Shown: piece after piece, positions 36,092-46,508 of the stretch
Layout of the letters: every line of letters begins with the position of its first letter
Position numbering within the stretch: position 1 is the stretch's first letter
DNA from: Sphingobacteriaceae bacterium
GTDB lineage: Bacteria > Bacteroidota > Bacteroidia > B-17B0 > Aurantibacillaceae
Reading direction: 5' to 3'
Assembly: GCA_013823565.1 (NCBI GenBank)
Contig: PNMI01000010.1
Span: 3,899 to 67,898, forward strand
Length of the DNA: 64,000 nucleotides
The notes under the pieces: model-generated
Database searches by the model: none
Seen by the model: only the letters and a program-made list of their open reading frames with translations
Told to the model about the DNA's origin: nothing
Translations under genes and position numbers: made by a program

Positions 36092-36646
36092 TTAAAACTC
36101 AACTTTTGGAGCATTTTCAGATCCTGCAGACTCTTTAAAGGCTGATTTTTTAGGGAATGTTTCGCTGTTTAAAAACATGCTGTTAAAAAAGCCACGAATA
36201 TGAGAATTGTACTCTTTTACAGCGCCATTGTAATTTTGACGTGCAACTGCAATTCTGTTTTCAGTTCCTTCTAATTGAGTTTGAAGATCGCTAAAGTTTT
36301 GAGTGGAACGAATTTGTGGATAAGCTTCAAACGCTAAGTTGATGGCTGTATTGATTTTTTTGCCCATTAAATCCATATCTTCAGGTGTTTTTGCATTAAC
36401 AATACCTGCACGCGCTTCAGTTACTTGAGTTAAAATCCCTTTTTCGTTTGCAGCAGCTCCTTTAACAGTTGCTACTAATTGAGGAATTAAATCTGCTCTA
36501 CGTTGGTAGGTTGCGCCTACATCTCCCCATTTTTCATCTACATTTTCTTGTAAATTTACAGCAGTGTTATATGAACTTCTGTACATCATAAATACAATAA
36601 GAGCTAATCCAGCGATAACTCCTAAAACAATTAATCCTTTTTTCAT
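36092..36646 (-). CDS. LemA family protein
   Basis: 184 aa. N-terminal TM and YNTAVNLQENVDEKWGDVGATYQRRADLIP, characteristic of LemA. Confidence 0.9.
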   Translation of the reverse strand: MKKGLIVLGVIAGLALIVFMMYRSSYNTAVNLQENVDEKWGDVGATYQRRADLIPQLVATVKGAAANEKGILTQVTEARAGIVNAKTPEDMDLMGKKINTAINLAFEAYPQIRSTQNFSDLQTQLEGTENRIAVARQNYNGAVKEYNSHIRGFFNSMFLNSETFPKKSAFKESAGSENAPKVEF

Positions 36647-36843
36647 TATAGTTTATTTTTTGAATTACAAATTTACAGTTAATTTAAACTGTCTTTAACA
36701 AAAATAGGTTAAAAACACTTAAAATCAACATTAATCATTAAACATTATCTTGCTTAGAACTTAAAATAATAATACGTTTTAAGCGTTTATTGGCTTAGGG
36801 TATATCTAACTGTAAAAATAATTACCTTAGAAGCTGCTATTTT

Positions 36844-38580
36844 TTGAAAATCAAAACAACATATTTTATCTGCTTTATTTTGCTAATGGTTTTAAAAACA
36901 GTAGCACAAGAACGTTATTATTTAACTGTTGTAAATACAGATAGCGTGTCTGTTTTTAAGAAAATAAATTACAAAAAACAGTTCAATAATAGGGATTTGA
37001 TTTATAAGGAAACAAACAAGATTTATGTTTCATTAATTAACGAAGGGTTTATTTCGGCTAGTGTGGATAGTATTAAAAATGATAGCCTTAATTACACATC
37101 ATTTATCAGCGCAGGAAAAAAATACACATGGGTAAATTTAAGGTATGATAAAAAAGACCAAGCGGTTATCAGTAAATTAGGCTATGGCGAACGTTTTTTT
37201 TCAAACAGACCATTTAATTTTTCTGAACTATCAAAGTTCATGGAAAAAATAATTACGTATTATGAAAATAATGGGTATCCATTTGCTTTAGCAAAATTAG
37301 ATAGTTTACAGTTTGAAAATTCATCGGTACAAGCCAAATTGTTAGTTGAGAGAAATGTGTTTATTAAGTTAGATAGTTTGGTGACAGAGGGAACAGGAAA
37401 AGTAAGCCAAAAATTTTTGTTGAGGTATTTAGGCATAAAACACGGAATGCCATACAATCTTCAGACTTTTTCGTTAGTGTCAAAAAAGATAAGACAACTA
37501 CCTTTTGTTACCGAAAAAAAGGCTCCAATTATGCAATTGACCGATAAACAAAATAAATTGTTTTTGTTTTTGGAGAAAAAAAACGCCTCACAATTTGATG
37601 GTATAGTTGGTATTTTGCCTGGCGACAATGGTAAAACTGTATTTACAGGAGATTTAAAAATCAAACTCGTTAATTCTATTTTGAAAAGTGGAGAAACCTT
37701 TGATATCAATTGGAGAAGATTACAAACACAAACACAGGATTTAAAGGCGAGTATAATTTATCCATATATCGCAGGGCTTCCTGTGGGAGCAGATTATAAC
37801 ATTAAGATTTATAAAAAAGACACTACTTTTTTAGATGTCAATAATGCCTTAGGATTGAACTATTATTTTAGTGGCCTAAACTTTATAAAGGTTTTTTATA
37901 AGCAACGAAATGCCAATTTAATTTCTACATCTGGATTATCTACAATTACCGTTTTGCCCGAATATGCGGATGTGAATACCAAAGCGTACGGGTTAGGATT
38001 ATTTTTCGAAAATTTGGATTATAGATTTAATCCTAAAAAAGGAATAGGCGTTAATTTGCAAGGTTCGGTAGGAAGCAGAGAAATCCGAAAAAATCCGAAG
38101 GTAAATGATTTAGCATATTCAAATATTACATTAAAAACCTCTCAATACCAATTGGAAGGTTCGGCAGTAGGCTTTATCAATATTTTCAAAAACCATGTAG
38201 TTAAGCTATCATCGCAGTTTGGAAGTGTATTTGGAAACACCATTTACAAAAACGAATTATTTAGAATAGGAGGATTGAGAACCTTGAGAGGTTTTGATGA
38301 GGAAAGTATTTATGCATCAACTTATGTGATTCCAACTCTTGAATATCGATTTTTATTTGAAAAAAACTCCAATTTATTTGTTTTTGGCGAAGGGGCTTGG
38401 TATGAAAACAGCAATGTGTCAGGTTATACCAACGATACGCCAATAAGTGTTGGAGCTGGGATAAATTTTGAAACTAAAGCGGGCATTTTTAATTTAAGCT
38501 ACGCCATTGGTAAACAATATGGCAATAGTTTTGATTTGAGAATTGGGAAAATTCACGCTGGTTTAACGGCATTATTTTAG
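36844..38580 (+). CDS. Omp85-family outer-membrane protein (BamA/TamA/TpsB-like)
   Basis: 578 aa. A TTG start gives a proper signal peptide (MKIKTTYFICFILLMVLKTVAQ). POTRA-like N-terminal region, C-terminal barrel (GGLRTLRGF...GAGINFETKAGIFNLSYA) ending in F. Confidence 0.65.
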   Translation: MKIKTTYFICFILLMVLKTVAQERYYLTVVNTDSVSVFKKINYKKQFNNRDLIYKETNKIYVSLINEGFISASVDSIKNDSLNYTSFISAGKKYTWVNLRYDKKDQAVISKLGYGERFFSNRPFNFSELSKFMEKIITYYENNGYPFALAKLDSLQFENSSVQAKLLVERNVFIKLDSLVTEGTGKVSQKFLLRYLGIKHGMPYNLQTFSLVSKKIRQLPFVTEKKAPIMQLTDKQNKLFLFLEKKNASQFDGIVGILPGDNGKTVFTGDLKIKLVNSILKSGETFDINWRRLQTQTQDLKASIIYPYIAGLPVGADYNIKIYKKDTTFLDVNNALGLNYYFSGLNFIKVFYKQRNANLISTSGLSTITVLPEYADVNTKAYGLGLFFENLDYRFNPKKGIGVNLQGSVGSREIRKNPKVNDLAYSNITLKTSQYQLEGSAVGFINIFKNHVVKLSSQFGSVFGNTIYKNELFRIGGLRTLRGFDEESIYASTYVIPTLEYRFLFEKNSNLFVFGEGAWYENSNVSGYTNDTPISVGAGINFETKAGIFNLSYAIGKQYGNSFDLRIGKIHAGLTALF

Positions 38581-38633
38581 ATAAAAAGCTGTTTTTTGTC
38601 TCTTTTTTTAGTTAAACTTGTCTTGATAATTAA

Positions 38634-41600
38634 GTGAAGACATTTTACTACATCATATTAGCATTAATTTTAAATGCGTCAGTAGGTTTTTCTCAAAAAA
38701 TGAACCTACAAAAATTTTCCGTTAAAGAAGGTTTAATACAATCCACTGTTAAGCAAATTGAGCAAGACGATTATGGAAACTTGTGGCTAGCTACAAATTA
38801 TGGATTATCAAAATTCAACGGAAAAACATTCGATAATTTTACAACCACTAATGGATTGCCCTCAAATGAAATTTCGAGTTTGTTATTTACAAACGAGGCG
38901 CTTTTTATTGGAACCAAAAAAGGCTTCTGTTCTTATTCAGGAAATAAAGTAGAAACCAACCCCATTTATCAAAAAATTAGTGGTAATGTTAAAAAGATTC
39001 TAGAGCGCAAAGGTATATTACATATTATTACATCAAAAGGCTATTATTTATTGGATATTACCAAACAAAACTACACGGTTGACTCTATTGCAATTCCAAA
39101 CATAATTTCACAAGGCCCAACAGATGCAGCGTTTGATGAAAACGGAAATATTTGGATTTCTACAAATAGACAAGGATTGTTTTTTATAGAAAAAACGATT
39201 TCTACTAAAATTCCAAAATTTGTTTTAATTCAAAATTCAGTGGCTTCAACTACTATTAATAAAAAACTAGTTCGTATAGCAAATTTTAATTCAGAAAATT
39301 TATTTAAAGGAGAATCTATTTATTCTATTGAATTTGATAAAAACAATAATTTGCTGGTAAGTGATTGGGGCAATGGTTTAGCAGAAATCAAATTTGACTT
39401 TATTAATAACACAGGGTTTAATGCAAATTATTTTGCTTTTGATTCTATAATACCAGGAGTAGATATGATACATCGATTTGTTAACATACAAAAAGATGAA
39501 GAGGGTAATATTTATTTAGCTACCGACGGCTTTGGTTTTTTGAAAGTATCAATAGATAAAAACACGAACGAAAATGATTATTCAAAAACAAATATTAGTT
39601 GGTTAAGTAATGGACAAGGTTTTTTTGGAAGTAATCCTTTATGTTTTAAACAAGATAAATTTCAAAATTTATGGGTAGGTACTTTGTATGATGGGTTAGT
39701 TGCTGTTAATAATAAGAGCTCTTTGAGCTACAATCAAAAATCTGGTTTAGAAGAAGAAAAAATAATTAGCATTTATAAATCATCGGATAGCTGTATTTGG
39801 TCTGGAACATATGGAGGAGGAGCTTTTAGATTTAAGAATAAAAAATTTACCCGTTGTTTTTGGGAACAAGGAATAAGTGAATCGATTATCAAAAGCATCG
39901 TAGAAGATTCGCATGGAAACATTTTATTAGGAACGTCTGGCGGCGGTGTAAGTATTATTTCGAAAGAAAACACACAAAAACAATTACAGGTCAGCAAAGT
40001 AATTTCCGAACTTAATAATTTGTCTTCTAATTATGTATCTTATTTATATCGAGCTTCTAATGGGGCAATTTGGGTTGGATATCAATCTAGTTCAAAAATC
40101 GACAGGATTATTTTAAACAAAGATTTTTCTTTTACTATTACCTCATTTCCAATAACCAATCTATCTAATTTTAATGTTTCGTGTTTATTAGAAGACGACA
40201 ATCAAAATATTTGGATTACATCTAACGAAGGCGTTTGGAAGTTAACTCCAAAAACAGGATACGTTGATAATGAGTTTACGATATTCAAAAACATTCAAAC
40301 CATTGCTAAAGATTGGAATGGAAATATGTGGCTTGGGAGTTCAGATGTAGGTGCAATTATTTTAAAAAATAAATTAAGAGTAAGCTATTTTGCTAATGGT
40401 CAAGCAAACAGTTTCGAGAAAATTGCAACTAAGGATGGAATTAGTAGTAATTGTATTAACACCATTTTAATAAATAATGATGCTGTTTGGTTTATTTCAA
40501 ACAACGGAATTAATGAGTTAAAAATAGATGCTTACTTAAATAAAATTAAAGAAATCAAGGCCTACAATAAAGGTCAAGGATTTGCATCATACGATAATAA
40601 GCCTAATACCTCTGTGTTTGATGACAATATGTTTATCTGGATTGGTTCAGTGGATGGTTTAACACAATACCAAAACATTAATGAAGGTGATAAAAATATA
40701 GAACAAACACATGCGGCCGTTTTTATTAATAATATTTTAATTGAAAATAAAATCATTGATTGGACAGATGCATCCTTGTTTTCATCAGGAGATTATTCAT
40801 CTATAAGTTTTGATGGATTTTATAATTGGTATAAAATGCCAAAAGATTTAAAATTAGATTATACGCATAACAGTATTCAGTTTATTTTAAACACCGATAA
40901 TATTGCTGAGCAAAAGCACATGAATTACAGCTATAAATTAATTGGGTATGATAAAGATTGGATTCAGTTGTTTAGCTCCAACGAAATAACCTACCGTAAT
41001 TTGCCAGATGGTGATTATAGCTTAGTGATTAAAGCTTCATTGAGTAATGATTTTTCTTCAGCCAAAGAATACACTTACCATTTTAGTGTAACTCCTCCTT
41101 TTTGGAAAACAACAATGTTTTATGTGTTCATGTTTTTAGTTTCAGCAACGTTATTATATTTCTTTGTAATCAACAGAGAGAAACGACTTAAGCGCGAAAA
41201 ATTAAAACTAGAATTAGAAGTTAAAGCACGTACTTCTGAGATTGAAAATAAAAAGAAAGAGATTGAATTACAAAATGTATTAATTCAAGGTATTAATAAT
41301 GACTTAACAGATAGTATTAAATATGCTAAACGTATACAACAAACTATTTTACCAAACATTAAAATATTGAAAAACTATTTTTCTGATAGTTTTGTGTTTT
41401 ATAAACCGCGTAATATTGTTAGTGGAGATTATTATTGGATAAAAGAATTAAACGGATTGGTTTATGTAGCTGTGGTTGACTGCACAGGACACGGAGTTCC
41501 TGGAGCGTTTATGTCCCTCATTTCTAGTAGCATCTTAAATGAATCGATAGACAAAAACATAAGTCATTATAGCCCAGCAAAAATGTTAGAGTTTTTGCGA

Positions 41601-42053
41601 AGAGAAATTAATATTAGATTAAGTCAAAACACTTCAGATCAAATTAATGATGGATTAGATATTTCTTTAATCTGTTATAATAAAGAAAAAAGCACCATTG
41701 AATATGTAAATGCTAACAGACCTTTGTATATTATTTCAAACGATGAGTTAATTACATTAACATCAGAAAATGTAAATATTGGTGGTTATGCTGATTTTGA
41801 TAGTGTTATCCCAACCAAAACAATATCTATTAAAAAAGGTGATTTATTGTTTTTGTTTACAGATGGAATTACCGATCAGTTTGGAGGAGACAGAAATAAA
41901 AAATATAATCCAGCCCGTTTACGTCAGTTTTTATTAATGAACAATCATCTCGCTCTTCCTGAATTGAAAGAAAGATTAGTGAAAGAAATTGCAGAATGGC
42001 AAGGTTCGTACGAACAAACAGATGATATTTTACTAATAGGATTAAAAGTATAA
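38634..42053 (+). CDS. periplasmic two-component-regulator-propeller / Y_Y_Y sensor fused to a cytoplasmic SpoIIE/PP2C phosphatase
   Basis: 1139 aa, GTG start. Repeated GLPSNEI/NLW(I/L)(A/G)T propeller blades, Y_Y_Y-like Ig region (YSYKLIGYDKDW...YRNLPDGDYSL), TM, coiled coil, PP2C (SGDYYW...VVDCTGHGVPGAFMS...FTDGITDQFGG...EQTDDILLIGL). Confidence 0.85.
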   Translation: MKTFYYIILALILNASVGFSQKMNLQKFSVKEGLIQSTVKQIEQDDYGNLWLATNYGLSKFNGKTFDNFTTTNGLPSNEISSLLFTNEALFIGTKKGFCSYSGNKVETNPIYQKISGNVKKILERKGILHIITSKGYYLLDITKQNYTVDSIAIPNIISQGPTDAAFDENGNIWISTNRQGLFFIEKTISTKIPKFVLIQNSVASTTINKKLVRIANFNSENLFKGESIYSIEFDKNNNLLVSDWGNGLAEIKFDFINNTGFNANYFAFDSIIPGVDMIHRFVNIQKDEEGNIYLATDGFGFLKVSIDKNTNENDYSKTNISWLSNGQGFFGSNPLCFKQDKFQNLWVGTLYDGLVAVNNKSSLSYNQKSGLEEEKIISIYKSSDSCIWSGTYGGGAFRFKNKKFTRCFWEQGISESIIKSIVEDSHGNILLGTSGGGVSIISKENTQKQLQVSKVISELNNLSSNYVSYLYRASNGAIWVGYQSSSKIDRIILNKDFSFTITSFPITNLSNFNVSCLLEDDNQNIWITSNEGVWKLTPKTGYVDNEFTIFKNIQTIAKDWNGNMWLGSSDVGAIILKNKLRVSYFANGQANSFEKIATKDGISSNCINTILINNDAVWFISNNGINELKIDAYLNKIKEIKAYNKGQGFASYDNKPNTSVFDDNMFIWIGSVDGLTQYQNINEGDKNIEQTHAAVFINNILIENKIIDWTDASLFSSGDYSSISFDGFYNWYKMPKDLKLDYTHNSIQFILNTDNIAEQKHMNYSYKLIGYDKDWIQLFSSNEITYRNLPDGDYSLVIKASLSNDFSSAKEYTYHFSVTPPFWKTTMFYVFMFLVSATLLYFFVINREKRLKREKLKLELEVKARTSEIENKKKEIELQNVLIQGINNDLTDSIKYAKRIQQTILPNIKILKNYFSDSFVFYKPRNIVSGDYYWIKELNGLVYVAVVDCTGHGVPGAFMSLISSSILNESIDKNISHYSPAKMLEFLRREINIRLSQNTSDQINDGLDISLICYNKEKSTIEYVNANRPLYIISNDELITLTSENVNIGGYADFDSVIPTKTISIKKGDLLFLFTDGITDQFGGDRNKKYNPARLRQFLLMNNHLALPELKERLVKEIAEWQGSYEQTDDILLIGLKV

Positions 42054-42076
42054 CTCTTTTTTATTACATTTAATAT

Positions 42077-44116
42077 GTGATAAATTTTAAATCAATTCCC
42101 TTTTTTAAAATTTTATTTCCCTATTGCATAGGGATTTTTTTCGCATTACAAATTGGTGTTTTTTCAAACATTCATCTTTTAAGTTTAGGTTCCTTTGCAT
42201 TATTAATTGTTGCTTTTTTATTCCAAAAATTTTATAAACCTGTTTTGTTTTTCAAAAAGACTTTATATATAATTTCTGCAAATGTTTTTTTGTTTATACT
42301 GGCATTTGAATCTTGCTTCTTATATAATGATAAAAACTATCCAAATCATTATTCGCATTACATAATACCTCACTCACAATCTTTTATTGCAACTATTGAT
42401 GAGGTTCCTGTTATTTCGAATAAATTTATTAAGCTTTTGGTTAAAGTAAATGTTGTTGAAGCGGAAAACACATGGCACTATGCAGAAGGCAGAACGCTTG
42501 TTTATGTAAAACAAGATTCAACACTTCTCTTAAATGTAGGTAATAAATTATATATCAATTCTAAATTCAGTTATTTAAACGAACCTAAAAACCCTAATGA
42601 ATTTAATTACAAAACATTTTTAGAAAGCAAAAACATATTTCATACCGTGTTTGCGGAAAGTAAAAACATTAACACTATTTCAAATAACAACAACTTTTAT
42701 CTTTCTCAAATAGGCATATATATTAAATCTCAATTGGTTTCTATACTTCGTGATAGTGAATTGTCTCAAGAAGCGTTTTCTATTTGTTCGGCTTTATTAG
42801 TTGGTTATGATGATGAAATTGATACGGAGGTGATGCAAAGTTTTTCTCATTCGGGAACGTTGCATATTTTGTCTGTCTCAGGCATGCATACAGGAGTACT
42901 ATATGCTGTTTTAATTTTTTTATTTACTCTAATAGACAAATACGATAAGTACAAGAAAACAAAGTTTGCTTTTGTGATGCTTGGCTTGTGGTTATTTGTT
43001 TTAGTCACAGGACTATCTCCATCTATATTAAGAGCGGCTTTGATGTTGAGTTTAGTGTTAGTTGGGAAAATCTTTTACAAGCATGGGAATTCTTACAATA
43101 CACTTTTATTATCAGCATTTTTGTTGTTACTCTATAATCCGTATTTAATTAAAGACGTTGGGTTTTTATTAAGTTATTGTGCGGTTTTTGGAATCATGTA
43201 TTTATATCCTATCCTTCAGAAAATATATATTTTCGAGAATAAAATACTTCAAACAACATGGTCGGGAGTTCTAATGTCTGTTTCAGCTACTGTATTTACT
43301 TTACCTATTTCATTATACTTCTTTCATCAATTTCCAATTTGGTTTGTGTTTTCCAATATGATTATCATACCGATTAGTTTTTTGATAATGGGAGCAGCGG
43401 CTTTGTTCTTATTGCTTTATAAAGTAGTTTTTATTAATAGTGTGTTGGTTTATATTATTAATACTTCAACCAGTATTATGTTGTGGTTTGCTCAATTAAC
43501 TGACAATCCAAAATATGGATTTATTGATTTTATTTCTTTTTCGAAAACAGATTTTTGTTTAATGACAGGTATAATTATTCTATGTTTAATGATATTATCA
43601 ACCAAAAGCTATAAGCAAGTATTAGCATTATGTTTATTGCTTATTTCGTGGCTTTCTTTTTCAATTGTTAATAGTTACAATGACTCAAAACAAAAAGAGT
43701 TAATGGTGTTTTATATAAAACACCAATCGGCTTTTGCTTTGCGAGTTGGTCATAGTGTTTATGGAAATTTTAACACGCTTCAACAGAAAGATTTTGAAAG
43801 ATATGTAAAGCCTTATTTATTAAATCATACTGATTTGAAAATGGTAAATGTTGATACAGATGCTTTTAAGGTAGATTCAACAGTAATTTTAAAATCCAGT
43901 TCGTACTCTAATATAGAGCAACTAAAACCAAACTATGTTTTAGTTAGCAACGATGTTCCAATAGAACTCACAACTAATTATAAAACTAAGCCTGTTATTA
44001 TTGCCGATTGCAGTAACAGTTATAAATTTGTAAAGAAATTAAAGAAGCAATGCGTTCAATTAGACATTCCGTTTTATTCGGTAAAAGAAAGCGGCGCATT
44101 TTGTGTAAATTTATAA
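42077..44116 (+). CDS. ComEC/Rec2 family membrane protein (no recognisable metallo-beta-lactamase metal motif)
   Basis: 679 aa. DUF4131-like N-terminus and competence domain (FSHSGTLHILSVSGMHTG...LSPSILRAALM). No HxHxDH in the C-terminal ~150 aa. Confidence 0.8.
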   Translation: MINFKSIPFFKILFPYCIGIFFALQIGVFSNIHLLSLGSFALLIVAFLFQKFYKPVLFFKKTLYIISANVFLFILAFESCFLYNDKNYPNHYSHYIIPHSQSFIATIDEVPVISNKFIKLLVKVNVVEAENTWHYAEGRTLVYVKQDSTLLLNVGNKLYINSKFSYLNEPKNPNEFNYKTFLESKNIFHTVFAESKNINTISNNNNFYLSQIGIYIKSQLVSILRDSELSQEAFSICSALLVGYDDEIDTEVMQSFSHSGTLHILSVSGMHTGVLYAVLIFLFTLIDKYDKYKKTKFAFVMLGLWLFVLVTGLSPSILRAALMLSLVLVGKIFYKHGNSYNTLLLSAFLLLLYNPYLIKDVGFLLSYCAVFGIMYLYPILQKIYIFENKILQTTWSGVLMSVSATVFTLPISLYFFHQFPIWFVFSNMIIIPISFLIMGAAALFLLLYKVVFINSVLVYIINTSTSIMLWFAQLTDNPKYGFIDFISFSKTDFCLMTGIIILCLMILSTKSYKQVLALCLLLISWLSFSIVNSYNDSKQKELMVFYIKHQSAFALRVGHSVYGNFNTLQQKDFERYVKPYLLNHTDLKMVNVDTDAFKVDSTVILKSSSYSNIEQLKPNYVLVSNDVPIELTTNYKTKPVIIADCSNSYKFVKKLKKQCVQLDIPFYSVKESGAFCVNL

Positions 44117-44120
44117 TATT

Positions 44121-45110
44121 ATGAAACTTAGAATAGGCGATAAGGTTCGTTTTTTGAACGAAGTAGGTGAAGGAACAATCACACGATTTAAAGACAAAGA
44201 AACTGTTTTTGTGGAGATGGCTGATGGTTTCGAAATTCCTTATTTGTGTAAACATTTGGTGCCGATTCATACAGAATTAATTTTAAATCCAGAGGTAGAA
44301 AATATAGAAATGGAATTAGAAACGATTCTATCGGATTCTATTTATTTTATTATTGAGCCCGACCATGAAATGCCTGCTTTGGTAAGTGATTATAAATTTT
44401 ATTTATTTAATTCATCATCATACAATGTTTTGTTTTCGTACTCAGTAAAAGATGATGAATATTTTCAAACACTAAAACATGGTGAATTAGGAGCGTATCA
44501 AAAAGTATTTTTAAAACAAGTAAAGAAAAACTTTTTTAAAGAATATGCTTACCATAAAATAGAATGTTTGTTTTATAAAAACATGCACTATAAATCTCAA
44601 ATCCCTTTAGCAGAGATTTTATATATTAATGATAAAATCATGTCACAGTCAACATTAATACAACATAACGAATTTAAGTTTCCTGTGTATGCGTATATTC
44701 TAAAAGAAAACTTCCTTGACAAAGAAGTGGTTGAAAAGACTATTACGATGGAAGATTTAACGCGTTTAAAAGCAATTAAAGAATTCAAACAGCCTCAAAA
44801 AACGTCAGTCGCGAAACAACGTATTAAAGATTTAACCAAAGAGATTGATTTACATATTGAAGAGTTAGTAGATTCTCACAGTGGATTAACGAATCACGAA
44901 ATTTTATCCATTCAGCTTGAGCGTTTTGAAAAAGAATTACAATATTGTTTAAGTAATGGAATTAAAAAATTGATTGTGATTCATGGTGTAGGAAATGGGA
45001 AACTCAAACAGGAAATCGCAGCGATTTTAAAAACAATAGATGATATCGAATATTATGATGCTTCCTATAAAGATTATGGTTATGGAGCTACAGAAGTGAG
45101 AATATATTAA
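44121..45110 (+). CDS. Smr (MutS2-type small nuclease) domain protein with a DUF2027-like N-terminus
   Basis: 329 aa. C-terminal EIDLHIEEL...KKLIVIHGVGNGKLKQEI is the Smr pattern. Starts 4 nt after the ComEC stop. Confidence 0.75.
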   Translation: MKLRIGDKVRFLNEVGEGTITRFKDKETVFVEMADGFEIPYLCKHLVPIHTELILNPEVENIEMELETILSDSIYFIIEPDHEMPALVSDYKFYLFNSSSYNVLFSYSVKDDEYFQTLKHGELGAYQKVFLKQVKKNFFKEYAYHKIECLFYKNMHYKSQIPLAEILYINDKIMSQSTLIQHNEFKFPVYAYILKENFLDKEVVEKTITMEDLTRLKAIKEFKQPQKTSVAKQRIKDLTKEIDLHIEELVDSHSGLTNHEILSIQLERFEKELQYCLSNGIKKLIVIHGVGNGKLKQEIAAILKTIDDIEYYDASYKDYGYGATEVRIY

Positions 45111-45114
45111 AAAC

Positions 45115-45147
45115 AAAAGAGCCTTGTAATTTTTACAAGGCTCTTTT
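45115..45147. terminator. bidirectional Rho-independent terminator
   Basis: GAGCCTTGTA (45119-28) / TACAAGGCTC (45134-43), with an A-run and a T-run. Confidence 0.8.
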
Positions 45148-45167
45148 AATAGTTAGAAAAAAGCTTC

Positions 45168-46358
45168 TTATTTAATCACTCCCAATTCTTTTCCCACTTT
45201 TTCAAAAGCTGCTAAAGCTTTATCTAAATGCGCTTTGGTGTGAGCAGCTGATAATTGCACACGAATACGTGCTTGTCCTTTTGGCACAACAGGGAAGAAG
45301 AATCCAATCACATAAATACCTTCTTGTAATAATTTATCGGCAAATACTTGAGACAGTTTAGCATCGTATAACATTACTGGAACAATGGCAGAATCTCCTT
45401 CTTTAAATTCTAAGCCTATTTTACGTAATCCTGTTTTAAAGTAAGCAATGTTACTTTCTAATGTATCTCTTAATTCGGTTGTTTCGCTTAACATATCAAA
45501 CACGGCAATACTAGCACCAACAATTACAGGAGATAATGAATTAGAAAATAAATATGGGCGAGAACGCTGTCTTAAAATTTCGATTACTTCTTTTTTACCA
45601 GTTGTAAAACCGCCCATCGCCCCACCTAATGCTTTACCTAATGTGCCAGTGATAATATCCACACGATTCATTACGTTTTTCAATTCAACTGTACCACGAC
45701 CAGTTTTACCAATAAATCCACTAGCGTGACTTTCATCTACCATTACTAAAGCATTGTATTTATCTGCTAAGTCACAAATTTTATCTAATGGAGCCACAAA
45801 ACCATCCATACTAAATACACCGTCTGTTACAATGATGCGGTAACGTTGCGCTTGTGCTTTAATTAATTGTTCTTCTAAATCTGCCATGTCACAGTTTTTG
45901 TAACGGTAACGCTGTGCCTTACATAAACGTACACCATCAATAATAGACGCATGATTTAATTCATCAGAAATAATAGCGTCTTCTTCCCCAAATAATGGTT
46001 CAAATACTCCGCCATTGGCATCAAATGCCGCTGCGTATAAAATAGTATCTTCTTGTCCTAAGAAGTTTGCAATCTTTTTTTCTAATGTTTTATGAATATC
46101 TTGAGTACCGCAAATAAAACGAACAGATGACATTCCGTATCCATGAGAATCTAAAGCGGCTTTAGCTCCTTCAATAACTTTTGGATGAGAGGATAAACCT
46201 AAATAGTTGTTTGCACAAAAGATAATAACTTCTTTACCATCGCTTACTTTTACGCTTGCGCCTTGAGGAGTAATAATCACACGTTCTTTTTTGAACAAAC
46301 CATTTTGTTCTATTTCGTTTAATTGACTTTGTAAATGCTCTTGAAATTTTCCGTACAT
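45168..46358 (-). CDS. kbl: glycine C-acetyltransferase (2-amino-3-ketobutyrate CoA ligase)
   Basis: 396 aa, near-collinear with E. coli Kbl. FCANNYLGL, SVRFICGTQD, DGVFSMDG, TGTLGKALGG (PLP Lys), RSRPYLFSNS. Confidence 0.92.
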   Translation of the reverse strand: MYGKFQEHLQSQLNEIEQNGLFKKERVIITPQGASVKVSDGKEVIIFCANNYLGLSSHPKVIEGAKAALDSHGYGMSSVRFICGTQDIHKTLEKKIANFLGQEDTILYAAAFDANGGVFEPLFGEEDAIISDELNHASIIDGVRLCKAQRYRYKNCDMADLEEQLIKAQAQRYRIIVTDGVFSMDGFVAPLDKICDLADKYNALVMVDESHASGFIGKTGRGTVELKNVMNRVDIITGTLGKALGGAMGGFTTGKKEVIEILRQRSRPYLFSNSLSPVIVGASIAVFDMLSETTELRDTLESNIAYFKTGLRKIGLEFKEGDSAIVPVMLYDAKLSQVFADKLLQEGIYVIGFFFPVVPKGQARIRVQLSAAHTKAHLDKALAAFEKVGKELGVIK

Positions 46359-46508
46359 AATGTTGAATTTTGAGATACAAATTAAAGAATATTCACTGAT
46401 TTTAAGGATTTTTTAACTGGATTTATTCATGATTTTATAAAAAACCGTATATTTACAGTCCTAATGCTTAAGTGGAGTTCTAAAAGGTACAAAATTGAAA
46501 GCAAAGAT

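Noticed and set aside
36647-36843. 197-bp AT-rich intergenic region upstream of the Omp85 gene, considered as a possible sRNA or riboswitch.
   Set aside because: I could find no conserved-looking stem-loops, terminator or known riboswitch core sequences by eye. It is most simply a divergent promoter region for lemA and the Omp85 gene.
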